Shown here piece after piece: positions 56,201 to 64,000 of a stretch of DNA of 64,000 nt. The translations under genes were made by a program, and so were the position numbers. Position 1 is the first letter of the stretch, and every line of letters starts with the position of its first letter. Origin of the DNA: Pecten maximus (Eukaryota); NCBI RefSeq assembly GCF_902652985.1, contig NC_047029.1, positions 18,538,001-18,602,000 of the forward strand. The letters are read 5' to 3'. A model generated the notes under the pieces. That model ran no database searches. It was not told the DNA's origin and saw only the letters and a list, made by a program, of their open reading frames with translations.

Positions 56201-56488
56201 CTATAACAATTTTACATTATGGACTTAGAAGTCTTTCAAAAACTTAATTACCCTAAAAGTTAAAAAGTTTTGGGGCATAACACCAATGGCGACACTGGCC
56301 AGCAGGATGCCAGGGGACAACATTAGTTCTTATTTACTATTACTCTGTTGAGCTAAAAAAAACACAGCTGTGGATTATAAGCAAAGAAAATATTCAAAAC
56401 CGGTTTTGAAGTATCTTACCTGTCTTCCGACTGACCGGAGAAAAGTGATTGTTTATTTCCATGGTAGAATCATGTGGACCAATAGGAT
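2187..56488 (-). CDS. HDAC4: Class IIa histone deacetylase (HDAC4-like), spliced, partial: 15 exons in window, 3' part lies before position 1
   Basis: GT-AG exons join in consistent phase and give [17 protein letters not shown] (MEF2-binding), RKTASEP, RTQSAP, RTQSSP (14-3-3 sites), [24 protein letters not shown] and [16 protein letters not shown], all class IIa HDAC hallmarks. Confidence 0.97.
2635..2752 (-). CDS. HDAC4: HDAC4 deacetylase-domain exon ([39 protein letters not shown])
   Basis: ccacag / gtatgt; matches human [31 protein letters not shown]. Confidence 0.98.
2926..3059 (-). CDS. HDAC4: HDAC4 deacetylase-domain exon ([45 protein letters not shown])
   Basis: ctgacag / gtacat; carries the CxC and H ligands of the class IIa structural zinc site. 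Confidence 0.98.
3200..3665. repeat. 30-bp minisatellite (GATACAATAAGGGAGGTAACTTGATGTGTG)n
   Basis: About 12 near-identical tandem units with degenerate flanks. Confidence 0.95.
3926..4181 (-). CDS. HDAC4: HDAC4 exon, S632-type site ([11 protein letters not shown]...FTTG)
   Basis: ttttaag acceptor / gtatgt, 256 nt, phase 0-1; ends at FTTG, the start of the catalytic domain. Confidence 0.93.
4349..4610 (-). CDS. HDAC4: HDAC4 exon, S467-type site RTQSAPLP and 22-Q tract
   Basis: ttttag / gtaggt, 262 nt, phase 2-0; [13 protein letters not shown]. Confidence 0.95.
4815..5418. repeat. 46-bp minisatellite abutting the 5426 donor
   Basis: About 13 units of ATCAATGG(A/T)GGCCCTGATTATGTATGTATTGG... 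Confidence 0.95.
5426..5624 (-). CDS. HDAC4: HDAC4 exon ([12 protein letters not shown]...EAHQAQIHR)
   Basis: ttatag / gtacgt, 199 nt, phase 1-2, open frame that bridges the flanking exons. Confidence 0.85.
5878..6010 (-). CDS. HDAC4: HDAC4 exon ([24 protein letters not shown]...FYPSLP)
   Basis: ttgcagcag tandem acceptor / gtaaga, phase 0-1. Confidence 0.85.
6058..7115. repeat. 31-bp minisatellite (ACAGTAACTGTTACCTCCCCTTAATGTCACA)n
   Basis: Tandem units with truncated variants; contains overlapping inverted repeats. Confidence 0.95.
7270..7820. repeat. 47/34-bp minisatellite derived from the exon end and 5' splice site
   Basis: Each unit contains ACTTACTGATGATGAGGGTGGG, the reverse complement of CCCACCCTCATCATCA|gtaagt. 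Confidence 0.95.
7805..7924 (-). CDS. HDAC4: HDAC4 exon (ENGAYPF...[19 protein letters not shown])
   Basis: tttccag / gtaagt, 120 nt, phase 0-0; matches the human LYTSPSLPNITLGLP region. Confidence 0.93.
8325..8998. repeat. 36-bp minisatellite (GTCAGTATACAATCAAAACTAACTCCCTATAGCCAC)n
   Basis: About 18 tandem units. Confidence 0.95.
10093..10808. repeat. 31-bp minisatellite (AACCTGATATCACTATACTGTTAAGGGAGAT)n
   Basis: About 23 tandem units. Confidence 0.95.
11641..13680. repeat. 66/71-bp CpG-rich minisatellite
   Basis: About 30 units of ATGACTACCCCGACCTACAGCGACTCACGACCCGTAGTCATGAGACCCTA... Confidence 0.96.
15618..15630. promoter_or_regulatory. Perfect DR1 nuclear-receptor element (TGACCTTTGACCT)
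   Basis: Exact AGGTCA-A-AGGTCA on the minus strand, with a further TGACCTTTG at 15600. Confidence 0.35.
17192..17690. repeat. Degenerate ~24-bp repeat with a 120-bp higher-order unit
   Basis: GTCTGGGTCAGGATGATGTTTGTT-like units; 17221-17280 is identical to 17341-17400. Confidence 0.85.
17692..20115. repeat. 32-bp (26-bp variant) minisatellite (GAAGTGACACCATTAGACTGGCCCCTATCTCT)n
   Basis: About 75 tandem units. Confidence 0.96.
20935..21170. repeat. ~114-bp direct duplication in a purine-rich tract
   Basis: GATAGAGTGAGAAAAGAGGAAGAAACCATGAATGTTAGAGGAGAG occurs twice. Confidence 0.85.
24240..24277 (-). mobile_element. Solo TIR fragment of a Tc1/mariner-pogo-type MITE
   Basis: Minus strand reads TA-CAGTCAAACCTGTCTATAAAGACC, a typical TA-flanked TIR; no partner TIR seen. 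Confidence 0.45.
26250..26350 (-). CDS. HDAC4: HDAC4 exon ([17 protein letters not shown]...LHSKE)
   Basis: cttccag / gtaaga, 101 nt, phase 1-0; SGPxSP motif. Confidence 0.92.
29622..29759 (-). CDS. HDAC4: HDAC4 exon, S246-type 14-3-3 site and NLS ([15 protein letters not shown]...SPILRRKE)
   Basis: ttttcag / gtatgt, 138 nt, phase 1-1. Confidence 0.96.
33266..33363 (-). CDS. HDAC4: HDAC4 exon ([10 protein letters not shown]...[10 protein letters not shown])
   Basis: tttgcag / gtatgt, 98 nt, phase 2-1; conserved DQSSPP and DDFPLRKT. Confidence 0.96.
34205..34310 (-). CDS. HDAC4: HDAC4 exon, MEF2-binding motif ([22 protein letters not shown])
   Basis: ttttag / gtatgt, 106 nt, phase 1-2; matches human [20 protein letters not shown]. 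Confidence 0.96.
34420..35112 (+). mobile_element. Non-autonomous Helentron/HINE-like interspersed repeat
   Basis: Starts ACAAGAG, has internal degenerate ~150-bp subunits (AACTACAAGGG..ATAACTCT) and GACGGA microrepeats, and ends in a hairpin (GGTCACC...GGTGACC) followed by TAAAAA. This matches my recollection of bivalve HINE architecture. Confidence 0.6.
35301..35436 (-). CDS. HDAC4: HDAC4 exon ([45 protein letters not shown])
   Basis: cttttcag / gtaagt, 136 nt, phase 0-1; continues the coiled-coil domain. Confidence 0.93.
37335..37752. repeat. Degenerate ~41-bp repeat rich in AAAGGTCA
   Basis: AAGGTCAAAGGCCAAGTGGTCTCTCAGCAAAGGTGACTACA-like units. Confidence 0.8.
38806..39495. repeat. ~31-bp minisatellite (TACACTCCAACAGTTACAGATGTACACCTAA)n, preceded by 10-bp units
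   Basis: Tandem units. Confidence 0.92.
39500..40003. repeat. 51-bp minisatellite containing the exon 5' splice site
   Basis: CATGTTGACCTTGA recurs at 39991, 39940, 39889, 39837 and 39786, decaying towards 39500. Confidence 0.9.
39991..40205 (-). CDS. HDAC4: HDAC4 exon, glutamine-rich helix (EITPSPLAS...[15 protein letters not shown])
   Basis: tttcag acceptor. Donor ATG|gtatgt at 39991, with a weaker AAG|gtcaac at 40000. Resembles the HDAC4 Q-rich domain ending EHIK. Confidence 0.93.
40341..40962. repeat. 33-bp minisatellite (AATATTGGTATTGACACTATCACAATGGTGAGG)n
   Basis: About 18 tandem units. Confidence 0.95.
41789..41885 (+). mobile_element. Pogo/Tigger-like MITE end fragment
   Basis: TA-CAGTGGAACCTCTATAAACTGAAC...TTCGGTTTA; no clear partner TIR. 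Confidence 0.4.
46735..47005. repeat. 45-bp AT-rich minisatellite
   Basis: About 6 units containing ATATATAGATACCTACAACTAAC. Confidence 0.92.
47106..47142 (-). CDS. HDAC4: Candidate alternative first coding exon ([12 protein letters not shown])
   Basis: AAG-ATG start, 12 codons + G, then CTG|gtaagc donor in phase 1, matching the 40205 acceptor. CRE-like and CCAAT motifs lie about 220 nt upstream. Confidence 0.5.
49319..50915. repeat. 23-bp minisatellite (TGATAACTTTACC[A/T]CACACCATA)n
   Basis: About 70 tandem units. Confidence 0.96.
52448..52671 (-). mobile_element. tRNA-derived SINE, V-domain-like (BivaV-type)
   Basis: Minus strand has A box TGGTTGCCGAGTGG, B box GAGTTCGAAACC, central GGTTTTTCTCCGGGTACTCCGGCTTTCCTCCAC and tail GTTAAACAAAAAC(AAACC)n. 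Confidence 0.85.
52671..52780. repeat. 19-bp tandem repeat adjoining the SINE 5' end
   Basis: About 6 copies of CTGGTATATTAGACTATCC. Confidence 0.9.
53630..54115. repeat. Degenerate ~18-bp repeat (CACAAATAAGCCCCTGTC-like)
   Basis: Recurrent ACAAATAA(G/A)CCCC motif. Confidence 0.8.
54765..54888. repeat. 3 x ~42-bp tandem repeat
   Basis: ATATCAACATACACACCTGTATTGTATAGGTAATTTCAG occurs three times. Confidence 0.9.
54999..55660 (+). mobile_element. Decayed Helentron/HINE-like element with a duplicated 3' end
   Basis: ACAAGAGG start, GAAGAAGATTTT core subunits, GACGGA, then repeated (TTCATCTGATGA..GGGCTAAAA) ends. Confidence 0.55.
56420..56488 (-). CDS. HDAC4: HDAC4 N-terminal exon ([23 protein letters not shown])
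   Basis: tattttccag acceptor, CAG|gtaaga donor, 69 nt, phase 1-1, open and compatible with the 40205 exon. No recognised homology. Confidence 0.7.
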
Positions 56489-56883
56489 CTGGAAAATACA
56501 AGACATGACATTAGAATCTATCGTCAATTTTAATGACAAAATCCCAGAGCATTAACATATTCTGCATCAAATTGAAAACTATACACATCAAAAGGAAAAA
56601 GATATGATATTATGGAGATGTCAGCCAATCAGATTTATTTAATTCCATCTAGACCATGACCTTAAACAGATGACGACAAGCTAAGAGATCCCAGAGAAAT
56701 CTATGATGGTTAGGTAAGTATAAAATCCTATATCACCAAATTACAAGAAACCATTTACTGTGAATGACATCATGATTATAATGTACCAAATGACCATTTT
56801 TCTGAAAGTAGATAGTTTGCAGGTCACCTTTGGACATTACAAGACATATTGGAGGAAAATCATCAGATTTAGTAATAGCTTAG

Positions 56884-59800
56884 TAGCTTTGCTGTATATA
56901 GTGTCAGTATTACAGCTTTGCTGTACAGTGTCAGTATTACAGCTTTGCTGTACAGTGTCAGTATTACAGCTTTGCTGTACAGTGTCAGTATTACAGCTTT
57001 GCTGTACAGTGTCAGTATTACAGCTTTGCTGTATAGTGTCATTATTACAGCTTTGCTGTACAGTGTCAGTATTACAGCTTTGCTGTACAGTGTCAGTATT
57101 ACAGCTTTGCTGTATAGTGTCAGTATTACAGCTTTGCTGTTTAGTGTCGGTATTACAGCTTTCCTGTACAGTGTCAGTATTACAGCTTTGCTGTTTAGTG
57201 TCAGTATTACAGCTTTGCTGTACAGTGTCAGTATTACAGCTTTGCTGTTTAGTGTCCGTATTACAGCTTTGCTGTATAGTGTCGGCATTACAGCTTTGCT
57301 GTATAGTGTTAGTATTACAGCTTTGCTGTACAGTGTCAGTATTACAGCTTTGCCGTATAGGGTCAGTATTACAGCTTTGCCGTATAGTGTCATTATTACA
57401 GCTTTGCTGTACAGTGTCGGTATTACAGCTTTGCTGTATAGTGTCAGTATTACATCTTTGCTGTATAGTGTCAGTATTACAGCTTTGCTGTACAGTGTCA
57501 GTATTACAGCTTTGCTGTATAGTGTCAGTATTACAGCTTTGCTGTATAGTGTCAGTATTACAGCTTTACCGTATAGTGTCAGTATTACAGCTTTGCTGTA
57601 TAGTGTCAGTATTACAGCTTTGCTGTATAGTGTCAGTATTACAGCTTTGCCGTATAGTGTCAGTATTACAGCTTTGCTGTACAGTGTCAGTATTACAGCT
57701 TTGCTGTACAGTGTCAGTATTACAGCTTTTCTGTACAGTGTCAGTATTACAGCTTTGCTGTACAGTGTCGGTATTACAGCTTTGCCGTATAGTGTCAGTA
57801 TTACAGCTTTGCTGTACAGTGTCAGTATTACAGCTTTGCTGTACAGTGTCAGTATTACAGCTTTGCTGTACAGTGTCAGTATTACAGCTTTGCCGTATAG
57901 TGTCAGTATTACAGCTTTGCTGTACAGTGTCATTATTACAGCTTTGCTGTACAGTGTCGGTATTACAGCTTTGCCGTATAGTGTCGGTATTACAGCTTTG
58001 CTGTACAGTGTCGGTATTACAGCTTTGCCGTATAGTGTCAGTATTACAGCTTTGCTGTACAGTGTCAGTATTACAGCTTTTCTGTACAGTGTCAGTATTA
58101 CAGCTTTGCTGTACAGTGTCAGTATTACAGCTTTGCTGTATAGTGTCGGTATTACAGCTTTGCTGTACAGTGTCAGTATTACAGCTTTTCTGTACAGTGT
58201 CAGTATTACAGCTTTGCTGTACAGTGTCAGTATTACAGCTTTGCCGTATAGTGTCGGTATTACAGCTTTGCTGTACAGTGTCAGTATTACAGCTTTGCTG
58301 TACAGTGTCAGTATTACAGCTTTTCTGTACAGTGTCAGTATTACAGCTTTGCTGTACAGTGTCAGTATTACAGCTTTGCTGTACAGTGTCGGTATTACAG
58401 CTTTGCTGTACAGTGTCGGTATTAGTGCCGGTATTACAGCTTTGCTGTACAGTGTCGGTATTACAGCTTTGCTGTACAGTGTCAGTATTACAGCTTTGCT
58501 GTACAGTGTCAGTATTACAGCTTTGCTGTACAGTGTCGGTATTACAGCTTTGCTGTACAGTGTCAGTATTACAGCTTTGCTGTACAGTGTCAGTATTACA
58601 GCTTTGCCGTATAGTGTCGGTATTACAGCTTTGCTGTACAGTGTCAGTAGTACAGCTTTGCCGTACAGTGTCAGTATTACAGCTTTGCCGTACAGTGTCA
58701 GTATTACAGCTTTGCTGTACAGTGTCGGTATTACAGCTTTGCCGTATAGTGTCAGTATTACAGCTTTGCTGTACAGTGTCATTATTACAGCTTTGTTGTA
58801 TAGTGTCAGTATTACAGCTTTGCTGTACAGTGTCAGTATTACAGCTTTGCTGTACAGTGTCAGTATTACAGCTTTGCTGTACAGTGTCGGTATTAGTGCC
58901 GGTATTACAGCTTTGCTGTACAGTGTCGGTATTACAGCTTTGCTGTACAGTGTCAGTATTACAGCTTTGCTGTACAGTGTCAGTATTACAGCTTTGCTGT
59001 ACAGTGTCGGTATTACAGCTTTGCTGTACAGTGTCAGTATTACAGCTTTGCCGTATAGTGTCGGTATTACAGCTTTGCTGTACAGTGTCAGTATTACAGC
59101 TTTGCCGTATAGTGTCGGTATTACAGCTTTGCTGTACAGTGTCAGTATTACAGCTTTGCCGTATAGTGTCGGTATTACAGCTTTGCTGTATAGTGTCGGT
59201 ATTACAGCTTTAATTTTGCTGTATAGTGTCATTATTACAGCTTTGCTGTATAGTGTCATTATTACAGCTTTGCTGGACAGTGTCAGTATTACAGCTTTGC
59301 TGTACAGTGTCAGTATTACAGCTTTTCTGTACGGTGTCAGTATTACAGCTTTGCTGTATAGTGTCGGTATTACAGCTTTGCTGTACAGTGTCAGTATTAC
59401 AGCTTTGCCGTATAGTGTCGGTATTACAGCTTTGCTGTATAGTGTCGGTATTACAGCTTTAATTTTGCTGTATAGTGTCATTATTACAGCTTTGCTGTAT
59501 AGTGTCAGTAGTACAGCTTTGCCGTATAGTGTCAGTATTACAGCTTTGCCGTATAGTGTCATTATTACAGCTTTGCCGTATAGTGTTGGTATTACAGCTT
59601 TGCTGTATAGTGTCAGTATTACAGCTTTGCCGTATAGTGTCGGTATTACAGCTTTGCTGTACAGTGTCAGTATTACAGCTTTGCTGTACAGTGTCGGTAT
59701 TACAGCTTTGCTGTACAGTGTTGGTATTACAGCTTTGCTGTATAGTGTCAGTATTACAGCTTTTCTGTACAGTGTCGGTATTACAGCTTTGCTGTACAGT

Positions 59801-60196
59801 GCCAGTATTACAGCTTTGCTGTATAGTGTCAGTATTACAGCTTTTCTGTACAGTGTCAGTATTACAGCTTTGCCGTATAGTGTCATTATTACAGCTTTGC
59901 TGTATAGTGTCAGTATTACAGCTTTGCTGTATATTGTCATTATTACAGCTTTGCTGTATAGTGTCAGTATTACAGCTTTGCTGTATAGTGTCAGTATTAC
60001 AGTTTTGCTGTACAGTGTCAGTATTACAGCTTTGAACTATAGTTTCAGTATTACAGCTTTGCTGTATATAGTTTCAGTATTACAGCTTTGCTGTATAGTG
60101 TCAGTATTACAGCTTTGCTGTACAGTGTCGGTATTACAGCTTTGCTGTATAGTTTCAGTATTACAGCTTTGCTGTATATAGTTTCAGTATTACAGC
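56884..60196. repeat. 27-bp minisatellite (GTGTCAGTATTACAGCTTTGCTGTACA)n
   Basis: About 120 units; source of the 817-, 1023- and 1087-aa pseudo-ORFs. Confidence 0.97.
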
Positions 60197-61049
60197 AATT
60201 TTGGTAGAGATTTGCCACAGTATGTTATCAATATTGTAAATAATGTTACTTCCATTTCATATTTTTTTAATTTAAAATCCCACTAAATCTATCACCCATA
60301 TATCTTTAGCAGGTGATCTGTTCAAATTGAATTTTAGAGTATTAAAAATCTATTAAAGTGAAATAATACATCATCATTATTGATGTCAATTTACCACTTT
60401 AGAATTTAAATTCAATTCCTGTGTTTTAATTTCGGCACTTTAAAATCAAATACATATTCAATGTAATGATTTCTGTCAAAAATGTCATACTTACCAACCC
60501 CTTAATCACTCATAAACCACAAACAAGTACTTTTAATTATCAATCAATCAAACATGAAAATGATTCTTAATCTAATTTGAATTAATTCAATTGATCTTTA
60601 GATTAAACATTCACAACTTTCCATCTCATTTTTTTGTTTTTTAATTTACCAGAAAGAAACTGTGAAACTGCATATTCAGGTAGAGAAACTGATGACTTTT
60701 AGGTAATATTGATGATACAGGCAGCTACTTGGATTTCTCACATCAGTCGGATGTTAACAGTATTAATGCTGAACGATGAATATAAAATCACATTGACCAG
60801 CTGATTTGTTCGACTAGAATGTCAGTGATGCTTATATGGACAAAAAACATGGAAACTTGCCTAAACAATTAAATATATAGAAGGGTAGAATCATAATTAG
60901 ATCATTGTACATGGAAACCTTGTATTGTTTCTGATCAGGTATACAGCCTTGAAACTTAACTATGCCAAGATAATGATGAGTTACTCCATTATATTGTGTG
61001 TTGATACCACAGAAGTATTTTGTCATCTACTGATATGTTAATTTAATTA

Positions 61050-61210
61050 CACCCCCCCCCCCCCCCCCCCATCTACCTATACTACCCATCACTTGTAACC
61101 CTCCCCCCCCCCATCTACCTATACTACACATCACTTGTAACCCTCCCCCCCCCCCCCCCCCCCCCATCTACCTATACTACCCATCACTTGGAAGCCCCCA
61201 CCCCCACCTC
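61050..61210. repeat. Poly-C-containing tandem repeat (x3)
   Basis: (C)n-ATCTACCTATACTAC-ATCACTTG units. Confidence 0.85.
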
Positions 61211-62830
61211 TACTTTAGTATACAATTAATCCATTTTCCTTACTTTATCATTATTTTTATGTCTTAAATCAGTGAATATTCATTACTTCATCTATCATAA
61301 GCTTGACATCAACATAAATGTCAAGCATTCACATGAATTTGGAATTTAACCCGTCATTCAAGTCCAATTAAGACACAAATACATAGACATGTAGCCTTTG
61401 ACCTGTGACCTTTGCCTTGTACTTTCCATCTGAGTTTGTACTACTACACATCATTTACCTTTGTTTTAGAAACCCATTATAATGATCTTATATGTATTTC
61501 TATAAGAGATGATAAACTCAGCCATCAGTCAACAAATCTCATATCTCAGTGATACACACCTATCTCAAACACATTTCTGAACATGAAGCACTTTTATAAG
61601 AAATGCTCAGTACCTCCACAACAAAGATTATCCGAAGGCAAATTTTTGTCTAAAAATGGTATTTTCGATTCAATACAATCTCCTTAACAGGAAATACCTT
61701 AAGAAAATTAAGCATCACAATCACATTGATGAAAGCAATACAAGCATCTTAATGACAAAGTTCAAACCAACCAAAGCACATCCATAATAGAGATTAACTT
61801 CAACTATAAGCACCTACATGATACTGATCATCGCAAAACAAAGCTTTTCACAGATACAGATTAAAGTATTATACATGTACATCGATCATTCATTTGGCAA
61901 TAACCCTGTCCCTTGTATCTATATACGTAATATTAATGCCACCAATTGCTATTCAATGATTCTGCAGTAGAGTCAAAGATTATGTATGTGTTGGTCCCTG
62001 GTCTCATTACAGGAAAAATTATGTAACTAATTATACATAATCTCATGTACCTCACATCAAAACGACACATTAACACAGATCTAGTGATTCAGACCGATTT
62101 AAATTATAATGACATTAGATAGTTCAAGCGTCTCAACAAAACTGTGAACATCAATCCAAGCATCTTAATCACCTTGATTACAATGTCAAGCATTACATAT
62201 ACTCTGTCATATATTTTTATATAAGAATTTGTTGTTGTTTTCCCTATTGTGTTGATCATACAAAATTACTTAGAATAAATAAAATATTTCATATGAATGA
62301 TTTTTGTTTTTTTAGTAACATTCAGTGTTTTTTAAAATCTTTTCCGTAATGGAATTATATACGAAGACCTCGATAAACTTGACTAAAATACAAACCTTCG
62401 GAACTGAACTTAATTTGCTCACAATTAAAGCTACAGAATAAACCGCACAGGATTTGATCGACAGAGAAATATCTAAATATAGCACACAATTATTACACAG
62501 CTCATAATTACCTTTAGAGATAAGATGTCTTATTACATGGTATATATGATCTTGTGTATACATAAACATACAGGTATATATACACATACCTAGCTTGAAT
62601 TGGCCCGGCGAGTCATCAACAATGACATGGTAGGTTACATTCTCATACAAGTTTGCTATACATATATACCCTTTGACCCACAAATATAGGTCACAACCAG
62701 CACTAGTTGCTATCTGTGCTTCTTAAGGGGCAACCTTCATTTAAATTTTTATGGCAGGTATGTTAATTAAATGTGTAATTAATGCAGAAAATTAAAAAGT
62801 TAGTTTTTTCTGTCAGCGAAATCGTTACAA

Positions 62831-62838
62831 TGACGTCA
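62831..62838. promoter_or_regulatory. Palindromic CRE (TGACGTCA)
   Basis: Exact consensus in otherwise CpG-poor DNA; function untested. Confidence 0.35.
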
Positions 62839-63636
62839 TCAACATCACCAAAATATATATACCCCTCCGTAGAATGCTATTGGCATTCATGGCTGTGTGA
62901 AGAGAGTTGGCATGTATGTAGTTAGTTTGACAATTTAAATTATAAAAGTATGTAAACTAAGCAGCACTTGGTAACAGAGGAGGGAAGAAGGAATTAACGT
63001 CCCTTTCTCAAAACCGTCATATAAAATCTGATTATACAGTTAAATATATCTATATTTTTTGTGTTTTGTTGTTGTTGTTTTTTAAATCAATTTCATACCT
63101 TTTAGAGAAAACAGATCATGTCTATGATTATCAAGGCTTATATATATAGTCATGCAAATACACATTATTCAGGGGATTTCTGTTTTTTGAACATAAAACT
63201 TCAATCTCAGTAATTAACTCTCTAAAAAGGAGATAATAATAAGCAGCATATCTAATTTCAACTGATAGACAACCTTGTGTTGATTTAAATGGACCCATTT
63301 ATAATTAACTACTAGATTATATTTAAATGTTGCCATTGTTTAAATGTTTTCTAGGTAAAACCTATTAACTAAAATATACTCACATGCAGAAATTGTTCAG
63401 AAATTGTTCAACAGTTAGTTTTTAACTACAGAATTAAAATCATATCAAAGCTTTAAATGGAAGCTGTCAAAATAATTTGTAAATATGTCGACTCAATCTT
63501 AGTGACTTAATTTATGTTACAGTAGTATCTATAATTTTTTTCTATTACTTCATAGGTAATTAACACATCATTTTTTCTAGTGCATGTTTTGCTAGTGATT
63601 TCTAAAGCATTGCATATATATATATAGAACTACATT

Positions 63637-63768
63637 AGTAGGTCACCACTATCTATAAATAGTGAAAACTAGATCAGTAGGTCACCAATATCTATAAATA
63701 GTGAAAACTGGATCAGTACTAGGTTACCAATATCTATAAATAGTGAAAACTAGATCAGTAGGTTACCA
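63637..63768. repeat. 3 x ~40-bp repeat, each with CTATAAATAG
   Basis: TAGG T(C/T)ACCA..ATCTATAAATAGTGAAAACT units. Confidence 0.9.
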
Positions 63769-64000
63769 ACATTAACTGTTAAGCCTTCCCTAAATTTATC
63801 ACCAGAAATTGGGTATACAATCATGACACAACCTAAGTAATATCAGCATGTTGTCCGATAATTACTCTTCTATATTATATATATAATTAATTTCCATATA
63901 TTGACCAGGTTTTGACCTGTCCAGACTGCAACAGCTAGCTGACCAAAGACTATTTATGGAAATATTTACATGTTTGTGTGAAATACACAAAGCTGTATGT

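Noticed and set aside
56760-60181. 817-, 1023- and 1087-aa ORFs
   Set aside because: Translations of a 27-bp tandem repeat, open in several frames on both strands, inside an intron.

Overview
AT-rich, intron-rich animal genomic DNA, probably a bivalve mollusc (inferred from a V-domain-like tRNA-SINE and Helentron/HINE-like repeats). The window lies inside one large minus-strand gene, a class IIa histone deacetylase (HDAC4/5/7/9 orthologue). I reconstructed 15 phase-consistent coding exons by hand (56488 down to 2187, about 726 codons). They cover the Q-rich helix, the MEF2-binding motif, three 14-3-3 sites, a 22-Q tract and the start of the deacetylase domain. The gene continues past position 1 and probably past 64000. 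About a quarter of the window is unrelated intronic minisatellites, and all long ORFs in the ORF track are artefacts of them. Main leads: (1) two minisatellites that have amplified real 5' splice sites, one in frame (+17 aa per unit) and one leading to a stop; (2) a candidate 24-nt in-frame microexon; (3) a candidate alternative first exon with CRE/CCAAT motifs; (4) many perfect MEF2 sites in a MEF2 co-repressor gene; (5) a ~4 kb intronic island of decayed, unidentified coding-like DNA. I found no prokaryotic system or CRISPR array, and no clearly new system can be demonstrated from the sequence alone.
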